Below are positions 6,269 through 13,468 of a stretch of 13,468 nucleotides of DNA, one piece after another. The translations under genes and the position numbers were made by a program. The stretch lies in the IMG/VR virus record IMGVR_UViG_2526164634_000015, positions 1 through 13,468 of that record; one strand, 5' to 3'. The stretch is from a virus (Duplodnaviria; Heunggongvirae; Uroviricota; Caudoviricetes). The number at the start of each line of letters is the position of its first letter. Position 1 is the stretch's first letter. The notes below the pieces were generated by a model. The model worked only from the letters and a program-made list of their open reading frames with translations. It did no database searches and was not told where the DNA came from.

Positions 6269-8167
6269 TATGGTGGCCGCCGTTTCGGTTGCGCTGCAGC
6301 CTCTGGTCAGGGTTGTACCGATGACGGCAGTTGAATGGGCTGACCAGTATTATTATCTGCCGAAAGAATCCTCATACGGTGACGGCGAATGGAAAACGCT
6401 GCCGTTCCAGATCGCCATCATGAACAGTATGGGGAATGATCAGATCCGCACTGTTAATCTGATTAAATCTGCCCGTGTTGGCTATACAAAGATGTTGCTG
6501 GGAGTCGCCGGGTATTTTATTGAGCATAAATCCCGAAACAGTCTGCTTTTTCAGCCCACGGATTCTGCCGCTGAAGATTTTATGAAGTCTCACGTGGAGG
6601 CGACGATTCGGGACGAGCCATGCCTGAAAGATCTTTCCCCGTGGCTGGGTCGTAAACATCGTGACAATACTCTCACGCTGAAACGCTTTTCATCGGGGGT
6701 GGGCTTCTGGTGCCTGGGTGGTGCGGCAGCAAAAAACTACCGTGAAAAATCCGTGGACGTGGTCTGCTATGACGAACTTTCCTCGTTCGAGCCGGATGTC
6801 GAAAAAGAGGGCTCGCCAACCCTGCTGGGGGATAAGCGTATTGAGGGCTCGGTATGGCCAAAATCCATTCGCGGCTCGACGCCTAAAATAAAAGGCTCCT
6901 GCCAGATCGAAAAAGCGGCCAACGAGTCGGCGCATTTCATGCGTTTTTATGTGTCCTGCCCGCACTGTGGGGAGGCGCAGTATCTGAAATTTGGCGATGA
7001 GTCCACGCCTTTTGGCCTTAAATGGGAGAAGGACAGCCCCGAAAGCGTTTTCTACCTCTGTGAACATCATGGCTGCGTGATCCATCAGTCTGAGCTTGAC
7101 CAGAGCAACGGGCGGTGGATCTGCGAAAACACGGGCATGTGGACCCGCGACGGTCTGACGTTTTTCAGCGCCCGGATAATGAAATTCCGCCGCCGCGCTC
7201 CATCACATTTCATATCTGGACGGCGTACAGTCCGTTCACCACCTGGGTACAGATTGTCTATGACTGGCTGGATGCACTGAAAGATCCCAACGGCCTGAAA
7301 ACCTTTGTGAACACCACGCTGGGCGAGACCTGGGAAGAGGCCGTGGGCGAAAAACTCGATCACCAGGTGCTGATGGATAAGGTTGTGCGTTACACGGCTG
7401 CGGTGCCTTCCCGGGTGGTTTATCTGACGGCGGGCATTGACTCGCAGCGAAACCGTTTTGAGATGTATGTCTGGGGATGGGCTCCGGGAGAGGAAGCCTT
7501 TCTGGTGGATAAAATCATCATTATGGGGCGTCCCGATGAGGAAGAGACGCTGTTACGTGTGGATGTGGCGATCAACAAAAAATACCGCCATGCAGACGGA
7601 ACCGAAATGACCATTTCCCGTGTCTGCTGGGACACCGGGGGGATCGATGGCGAAATTGTCTATCAGAGGTCAAAAAAACACGGTGTTTTCCGGGGGCTGC
7701 CGGTAAAAGGTGCATCTGTTTATGGCAAGCCGGTGATCACCATGCCAAAAACCCGCAATCAGCGGGGCGTGTATCTGTGCGAAGTGGGGACGGACACCGC
7801 AAAAGAAATTCTCTATGCCCGTATGAAAGCCGATCCCACGCCTGCGGATGAAGCCACGTCGTATGCCATCCGTTTTCCTGATGATCCGGAGATTTTTTCG
7901 CAGACAGAGGCGCAGCAACTGGTGGCGGAAGAGCTGGTGGAGAAGTGGGAAAAAGGAAAGATGCGTCTGCTGTGGGATAACAAAAAGCGGCGTAACGAAG
8001 CGCTGGACTGCCTGGTGTATGCCTACGCGGCATTACGTGTGTCCGTGCAACGCTGGCAGCTTGATCTGGCTGTACTGGCAAAATCCCGGGAAGAAGAGAC
8101 GACCCGGCCAACCCTGAAAGAACTGGCAGCGAAGCTGTCCGGAGGAGTGAATGGTTACAGTCGCTGA
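6240..8167 (+). pseudogene. A: Terminase large subunit (lambda gpA-like), interrupted by a -1 frameshift near 7170-7175
   Basis: ORF 6183-7280 (real start MNISEQQLNNM at 6240) matches the gpA N-terminal half as I recall it (TAVEWADQYYYLPKES..., GYTKMLLGVAGYFIEHK, KRFSSGVGFWCLGGAAAKNYREKSVDV); ORF 7115-8167 in another frame continues with ITFHIWTAYSPFTTWVQIV...KRRNEALDCLVYAYAALR. One base appears missing in the GCCCGG run around 7170-7175. Confidence 0.85.
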
Positions 8168-8357
8168 ACTGCAGGCGCTGCGTCAGGCGCGCCTTGATTT
8201 ATTAACCGGTAAACGGGTGGTGTCTGTCCAGAAAGATGGTCGCAGAATTGAATATACGGCGGCTTCTCTGGATGAGCTTAACCGGGCGATCAATGATGCG
8301 GAGTCGGTACTGGGGACAACCCGACGTCGCCGTCGTCCGCTGGGAGTGAGGTTATGA
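8151..8357 (+). CDS. W: Head completion / head-tail joining protein (lambda gpW-like)
   Basis: 68 aa, MVTVAELQALRQARLDLLTGKRVVSVQKDGRRIEYTAAS..., close to lambda W as I recall it; stop overlaps the portal start. Confidence 0.85.
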   Translation: MVTVAELQALRQARLDLLTGKRVVSVQKDGRRIEYTAASLDELNRAINDAESVLGTTRRRRRPLGVRL

Positions 8358-9946
8358 AACGAACGCCTGTCCTGATTGATGTGAACGGCGTTCCGCTTCG
8401 TGAGAGTCTCAGCTACAACGGGGGCGGCGCAGGATTTGGCGGGCAAATGGCGGAGTGGTTGCCACCGGCGCAGAGTGCCGATGCAGCCCTGCTGCCTGCG
8501 TTGCGTCTGGGGAATGCCCGGGCAGATGATCTGGTGCGCAATAACGGAATAGCGGCTAATGCGGTGGCCCTGCATAAGGATCACATTGTCGGGCATATGT
8601 TTCTGATCAGCTACCGTCCGAACTGGCGCTGGCTGGGGATGCGGGAGACCGCAGCAAAAAGCTTTGTCGATGAGGTGGAGGCGGCCTGGTCGGAATACGC
8701 AGAAGGGATGTCTGGCGAGATCGACGTGGAAGGAAAACGCACATTTACGGAGTTTATCCGTGAAGGTGTTGGCGTTCATGCGTTTAACGGCGAAATCTTT
8801 GTGCAGCCGGTCTGGGATACGGAAACCACGCAGTTATTCCGTACGCGTTTTAAAGCCGTGAGTCCGAAACGGGTGGACACGCCAGGACACGGTATGGGGA
8901 ACCGTTTTCTGCGGGCCGGGGTGGAGGTCGATCGATATGGCCGTGCCGTTGCGTACCATATCTGTGAGGATGATTTTCCTCGCTCCGGGAGTGGACGATG
9001 GGAACGGATCCCGCGTGAACTTCCCACCGGGCGTCCGGCCATGCTGCATATTTTCGAGCCGGTGGAGGACGGGCAGACCCGTGGGGCCAATCAGTTTTAC
9101 AGCGTCATGGAACGGCTGAAGATGCTCGATTCCCTGCAGGCAACACAGCTTCAGTCGGCCATAGTGAAGGCGATGTATGCAGCGACGATTGAAAGTGACC
9201 TTGATACCGAAAAGGCCTTTGAATATATCGCCGGCGCGCCACAGGAGCAGAAGGATAATCCGCTTATTAATATTCTGGAGAAGTTCTCCAGCTGGTATGA
9301 CACGAATAACGTGACACTGGGCGGTGTCAAAATTCCGCACCTTTTCCCTGGTGATGATCTGAAACTACAGACTGCGCAGGATTCAGACAATGGATTTTCG
9401 GCGCTTGAACAGGCGCTGCTGCGGTATATCGCCGCCGGTCTTGGCGTTTCCTACGAACAGTTGTCCCGGGATTACTCGAAGGTCAGTTATTCAAGTGCCC
9501 GCGCCTCCGCCAATGAGTCGTGGCGCTATTTTATGGGACGACGAAAATTTATTGCGTCCCGGCTGGCCACGCAGATGTTTTCCTGCTGGCTGGAAGAGGC
9601 ACTTCTTCGGGGGATTATTCGTCCGCCACGGGCGCGTTTTGATTTTTATCAGGCGCGATCAGCCTGGTCACGGGCTGAGTGGATTGGAGCCGGAAGAATG
9701 GCCATTGACGGGCTCAAGGAGGTTCAGGAATCGGTGATGCGCATTGAGGCCGGACTGAGCACGTATGAGAAAGAGCTGGCGCTGATGGGCGAGGATTATC
9801 AGGACATTTTCCGCCAGCAGGTCAGGGAATCTGCAGAGCGGCAAAAAGCCGGACTCTCACGTCCGGTGTGGATAGCGCAGGCGTATCAGCAGCAGATAGC
9901 GGAGAGTCGCAGGCCGGAAGAGGAGACAACACCCCGTGAGACGTAA
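8354..9946 (+). CDS. B: Portal protein (lambda gpB-like)
   Basis: 530 aa, collinear with my recollection of lambda gpB over the whole length (GGGAGFGGQ..., NARADDLVRNNG, FEPVEDGQTRGAN, LQSAIVKAMYAATIES, GRMAIDGLKEVQE); no frame disruption. Confidence 0.9.
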   Translation: MKRTPVLIDVNGVPLRESLSYNGGGAGFGGQMAEWLPPAQSADAALLPALRLGNARADDLVRNNGIAANAVALHKDHIVGHMFLISYRPNWRWLGMRETAAKSFVDEVEAAWSEYAEGMSGEIDVEGKRTFTEFIREGVGVHAFNGEIFVQPVWDTETTQLFRTRFKAVSPKRVDTPGHGMGNRFLRAGVEVDRYGRAVAYHICEDDFPRSGSGRWERIPRELPTGRPAMLHIFEPVEDGQTRGANQFYSVMERLKMLDSLQATQLQSAIVKAMYAATIESDLDTEKAFEYIAGAPQEQKDNPLINILEKFSSWYDTNNVTLGGVKIPHLFPGDDLKLQTAQDSDNGFSALEQALLRYIAAGLGVSYEQLSRDYSKVSYSSARASANESWRYFMGRRKFIASRLATQMFSCWLEEALLRGIIRPPRARFDFYQARSAWSRAEWIGAGRMAIDGLKEVQESVMRIEAGLSTYEKELALMGEDYQDIFRQQVRESAERQKAGLSRPVWIAQAYQQQIAESRRPEEETTPRET

Positions 9947-11440
9947 TCTTTCACACATTATTGCCGCAGCATTCAATGAACCGCTGCTTCTGGAGCCCGC
10001 CTATGCGCGGGTTTTCTTTTGCGCGCTCGGGCGCGAGATGGGGCAGCAAGTCTTTCGGTACCACAGCAGCAGGTACAGCTTGATGCTCCCGGAATGCTGG
10101 CTGAAACGGACGAGTACATGGCCGGAGGTAAACGACCGGCCCGTGTTTACCGGGTGGTGAACGGTATTGCTGTACTGCCGGTGACCGGCACGCTGGTGCA
10201 CCGGCTGGGGGGTATGCGGCCATTTTCCGGAATGACAGGCTATGACGGTATTGTCGCCTGTCTTCAGCAGGCAATGGCGGATAGCCAGGTGCGGGGCGTA
10301 CTGCTGGACATTGACAGTCCGGGCGGGCAGGCCGCCGGCGCGTTTGACTGCGCTGACATGATTTACCGCCTCCGTCAGCAGAAGCCGGTCTGGGCACTGT
10401 GCAATGACACGGCCTGTTCTGCAGCCATGCTGCTGGCATCGGCCTGCTCCCGACGGCTGGTTACCCAGACATCCCGTATCGGCTCCATTGGCGTGATGAT
10501 GAGCCATGTCAGCTATGCCGGTCATCTGGCGCAGGCCGGTGTGGATATCACGCTGATTTACTCAGGGGCGCACAAGGTGGATGGCAATCAGTTTGAAGCC
10601 TTACCGGCAGAGGTTCGCCAGGACATGCAGCAGCGCATTGATGCGGCGCGCCGGATGTTTGCCGAAAAAGTGGCGATGTTTACCGGTCTGTCTGTTGATG
10701 CCGTCACGGGAACAGAGGCCGCCGTTTTTGAAGGTCAGTCCGGCATTGATGCCGGGCTGGCGGATGAATTAGTCAATGCGTCGGATGCCATCAGTGTGAT
10801 GGCCACGGCGCTGAACAGTAATGTCAGAGGAGGCACTATGCCGCAATTAACTGCAACGGAAGCCGCCGCGCAGGAGAACCAGCGAGTGATGGGGATCCTG
10901 ACATGCCAGGAAGCGAAAGGACGTGAACAGCTTGCCACGATGCTGGCAGGACAACAGGGCATGAGCGTTGAACAGGCCCGGGCGATTCTGGCCGCGGCGG
11001 CACCGCAGCAGCCGGTGGCATCCACGCAGAGTGAAGCCGATCGCATTATGGTGTGTGAAGAAGCGAACGGTCGTGAACAACTGGCGGCAACGCTGGCGGC
11101 GATGCCGGAGATGACGGTGGAAAAAGCCCGCCCGATCCTGGCTGCTTCACCGCAGGCGGATGCCGGACCCTCACTCCGTGATCAGATCATGGCACTGGAT
11201 GAGGCAAAAGGGGCTGAGGCGCAGGCTGAACAGCTGGCTGCCTGCCCGGGAATGACTGTGGAGAGCGCCCGGGCTGTGCTGGCTGCGGGATCAGGTAAGG
11301 CAGAACCGGTCTCTGCATCCACAACCGCCCTGTTTGAACGCATCATGGCGAACCATTCACCGGCTGCGGTACAGGGTGGCGTGCCACAGACGTCAGCAGA
11401 CGGTGATGCGGACGTGAAAATGCTCATGGCCATGCCATGA
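9936..11440 (+). pseudogene. C: Head maturation protease / scaffold (lambda gpC-Nu3-like, S49 peptidase family), -1 frameshift near 10040-10075; C-terminal scaffold-like part holds three protein-level repeats
   Basis: GTG start at 9936 gives ...LSHIIAAAFNEPLLLEPAYARVFFCALG (gpC-like N-terminus) and then runs into a stop; the rest of gpC (VNGIAVLPVTGTL..., LDIDSPGG, PVWALCND, SIGVMMSHV) is in ORF 10019-11440 in another frame. Confidence 0.8.
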
Positions 11441-11476
11441 AGTCAGTGCTGACCATCAACAGGAGGTTTTTACAAT

Positions 11477-11824
11477 ATGGTGACGAAAACTATCACTGAA
11501 CAGCGTGCGGAAGTACGTATTTTTGCCGGTAATGATCCGGCTCATACCGCCACAGGCAGCAGCGGGATTTCCTCGGCAACACCGGCACTGACGCCCCTGA
11601 TGCTGGATGAAGCCACCGGGAAACTGGTGGTCTGGGACGGACAAAAAGCCGGTAGTGCGGTTGGCATACTGGTACTGCCGCTTGAAGGCACAGAGACGGC
11701 GCTGACCTATTACAAGTCGGGGACCTTTGCGACGGAGGCAATCCGCTGGCCTGAAAGTGTGGATGAACACAAAAAGGCCAATGCCTTTGCCGGCAGTGCC
11801 CTGAGTCACGCGGCGCTGCCGTAA
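11477..11824 (+). CDS. D: Head decoration protein (lambda gpD-like)
   Basis: 115 aa; DPAHTATG...TPLMLDEATGKLVVWDG...VGILVLP...YYKSGTF resembles lambda gpD as I recall it; AGGAGG 10 nt upstream of the ATG. Confidence 0.85.
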   Translation: MVTKTITEQRAEVRIFAGNDPAHTATGSSGISSATPALTPLMLDEATGKLVVWDGQKAGSAVGILVLPLEGTETALTYYKSGTFATEAIRWPESVDEHKKANAFAGSALSHAALP

Positions 11825-11831
11825 CACGTTA

Positions 11832-11851
11832 TCAGGCCACCGCGGTGGCCT
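11832..11851 (+). other. Perfect 20-bp palindrome (CAGGCCACCGCGGTGGCCTG) in the D-E intercistronic region; candidate RNA stem-loop
   Basis: The sequence is its own reverse complement; sits 8 nt after the D stop and 30 nt before the E start; no T-run follows, so more likely a processing or stability element than a terminator. Confidence 0.4.
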
Positions 11852-11881
11852 GACTGATTTCTGAATGAAAGGAACTGATTT

Positions 11882-12913
11882 ATGGGATTGTTTACGACCC
11901 GCCAGTTACTCGGTTATACCGAACAAAAAGTGAAATTTCGTGCGCTGTTTCTGGAGCTGTTTTTCCGCCGTACGGTGAATTTCCATACCGAAGAGGTGAT
12001 GCTGGACAAAATTACCGGAAAAACGCCGGTGGCGGCCTATGTCTCCCCGGTTGTTGAAGGAAAAGTGCTGCGTCATCGCGGTGGTGAAACCCGCGTGTTA
12101 CGTCCGGGCTACGTCAAGCCGAAACACGAATTTAATTACCAGCAGGCGGTTGAGCGTCTTCCCGGTGAAGAGTCCGGCTCAGCTGAACGACCCGGCCTAC
12201 CGTCGTCTGCGTATCATCACTGATAACCTCAAACAGGAAGAGCACGCCATTGTCCAGGTGGAAGAAATGCAGGCGGTGAATGCCGTGCTGTATGGCAAAT
12301 ACACGATGGAAGGAGACCAGTTCGAGAAAATTGAGGTCGATTTTGGCAGGTCGACGAAGAATAACATCACTCAGGGTAGTGGTAAGGAGTGGTCAAAAAC
12401 AGGATCGTGACACGTTCGATCCTACACATGATCTTGACCTACTACTGCGACCAGGCCAGCGGTCTTGTGAATATTGCCATTATGGACGGTACCGTCTGGC
12501 GTCTGCTGAATGGCTTTAAATTGTTCCGCGAAAAACTGGATACCCGTCGCGGCTCTAATTCGCAACTCGAAACAGCGGTGAAAGACCTGGGCGCGGTGGT
12601 GTCCTTCAAAGGGTATTACGGCGATCTGGCCATTGTGGTGGCAAAAACGTCTTATGTGGCAGAGGACGGTACCGAAAAACGTTATCTGCCTGAGGGCTCG
12701 CTGGTCCTGGGGAATACGGCAGCAGAGGGCATTCGTTGCTATGGTGCCATTCAGGATGCGCAGGCGTTGTCCGAAGGTGTGGTGGCCTCTTCCCGTTATC
12801 CGAAACACTGGCTGACGGTAGGGGATCCCGCCCGTGAATTTACCATGACGCAGTCCGCGCCGCTGATGGTGTTGCCGGACCCGGATGAGTTTGTGGTGGT
12901 ACAGGTGAAATAA
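11882..12913 (+). pseudogene. E: Major capsid protein (lambda gpE-like) interrupted by three +1 single-base insertions (about 12173, 12395, 12440) that together restore the original frame
   Basis: Segments in four ORFs (11882-12223, 12039-12410, 12280-12519, 12389-12913) each match consecutive stretches of gpE as I recall it (KPKHEFNYQQ..., DPAYRRLRII...VEEMQAV..., DTFDPTHD, ...KLDTRRGSNS...SRYPKHWLTVGDPAREFTMTQSAPLMVLPDPDEFVVVQV). Confidence 0.85.
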
Positions 12914-12918
12914 TCCGT

Positions 12919-12950
12919 GAGCGGGGGCGAAATGCCCCCGTGTCTTTTTT
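12919..12950 (+). terminator. Stem-loop with T-run directly after the capsid gene; candidate intrinsic terminator or attenuator
   Basis: GCGGGGGC-GAAAT-GCCCCCG followed by TGTCTTTTTTC, between the E stop and the FI start. Confidence 0.45.
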
Positions 12951-12964
12951 CACAGGGGGATGAT

Positions 12965-13339
12965 ATGGCAACGAAAGAGCAAAATCTGAAACGGTTTGAT
13001 GAACTGGCCCTGATTCTGGGGCGTGAGCCGGATATATCCGGGAGTGCCGCAGAGATAGCGCAGCGGGTGGCAGAATGGGAAGAGGAAATGCAGTCATCCG
13101 GCGATGATGTACAGGTTATGAATATGGATATCCGGGAGAGGGAAAACGCGGCTCATGATGTTCGTGAGGAAACATCCGGCGCGTTAACGCGCATCAGAGT
13201 TCTGACCTGCCTCCATCTCTGTGGCGTTGATGGTGAAACGGGGGAATCCGTTGAGCTTGCGGATGTTGGTCGGGTGATTCTGATTATGTCCTCAGATGCA
13301 AAAACACACGTTGATGGTGGAATGGCTGTTTATGCGTGA
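12965..13339 (+). CDS. FI: DNA packaging protein (lambda gpFI-like)
   Basis: 124 aa from the ATG at 12965 (GGGGGA RBS-like run just upstream); acidic protein in the gpFI position between E and FII; sequence similarity to lambda FI is weak, so the call rests mainly on synteny. Confidence 0.6.
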   Translation: MATKEQNLKRFDELALILGREPDISGSAAEIAQRVAEWEEEMQSSGDDVQVMNMDIRERENAAHDVREETSGALTRIRVLTCLHLCGVDGETGESVELADVGRVILIMSSDAKTHVDGGMAVYA

Positions 13340-13468
13340 TTTTCAGAATGCCTTTGATGCCGCCCTTGCCGGGGTGGACAGTACGATTGTTGAAGTGATG
13401 GGCATCAGTGCGCAGTTCACCTCCGGTGCACAGCGTGGCGGCGAAGTTCAGGGGGTTTTTGACGATCC
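13332..13468 (+). CDS. FII: Head-tail connector protein (lambda gpFII-like), 3'-partial at window edge
   Basis: ATG at 13332 overlaps the FI stop; translation MRDFQNAFDAALAGVDSTIVEVMGISAQFTSGAQRGGEVQGVFDD parallels the N-terminus of lambda FII as I recall it. Confidence 0.7.
   Translation, partial: MRDFQNAFDAALAGVDSTIVEVMGISAQFTSGAQRGGEVQGVFDD

Noticed and set aside
7160-7180. Possible programmed ribosomal frameshift in the large terminase
   Set aside because: No canonical slippery heptamer or downstream structure at the shift point, and lambda-type terL genes are single ORFs; a simple indel is the more economical explanation.
6690-8111. Minus-strand ORFs of 82-131 aa (6690-7085, 7085-7363, 7670-7918, 7737-8111) inside the large terminase gene
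   Set aside because: They are antisense to a gene with clear gpA homology and have low-complexity Arg/Pro/Ala-rich translations typical of GC-rich off-frames; no RBS or homology support.
8183-9390. Minus-strand ORFs (8183-8779, 8776-9090, 8834-9340, 9151-9390) antisense to the portal gene
   Set aside because: The portal ORF on the plus strand is intact and strongly homologous to gpB; the antisense ORFs are chance open frames.
9951-11433. Minus-strand and alternative-frame ORFs across gene C (for example 10001-10525, 9951-10439, 10735-11046, 11182-11433)
   Set aside because: Antisense or off-frame to the gpC/Nu3 homolog; compositions are Ala/Arg/Cys-rich as expected from GC-rich noncoding frames.
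11456-12808. Minus-strand ORFs 11456-11827, 11493-11741 and 12422-12808 overlapping D and E
   Set aside because: They overlap well-supported D and E coding sequence on the opposite strand and have no independent support.
1-13468. CRISPR arrays, tRNA or rRNA genes, integrase or attachment site
   Set aside because: No regularly spaced direct repeats, no cloverleaf-like tRNA candidates and no integrase-like ORF were seen; the window covers only the IS, lysis, cos and head region of the prophage.

Overview
The window is the late region of a lambda-like enterobacterial prophage, preceded by IS66-family insertion sequences. Left to right: (1) a 5'-truncated IS66-family copy (tnpB only, 1-341) abutting a complete, oppositely oriented IS66-family element (342-3040; tnpA, tnpB, transposase split over three frames) that ends 11 bp upstream of the endolysin gene; (2) a lysis cassette with no holin visible: SAR-type T4-like endolysin, an intrinsic terminator, a small unannotated membrane-protein ORF, and Rz with embedded Rz1; (3) an AT-rich two-gene block on the minus strand (141-aa protein plus 77-aa ribbon-helix-helix-like protein); (4) a cos site whose cosQ/cosN side matches my recollection of phage lambda almost base for base but whose cosB carries different repeats; (5) lambda-type packaging and head genes: small terminase, large terminase (A), W, portal (B), protease/scaffold (C, with internal protein repeats), decoration protein (D), major capsid (E), FI and the start of FII. 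No tRNA, rRNA or CRISPR array was seen. As given, the sequence carries single-base frameshifts in the IS transposase (2), terL (1), C (1) and E (3), so this is either a decaying defective prophage or an indel-prone assembly; I cannot tell which from sequence alone. All homology statements rest on recalled protein and DNA sequences, not on a search.
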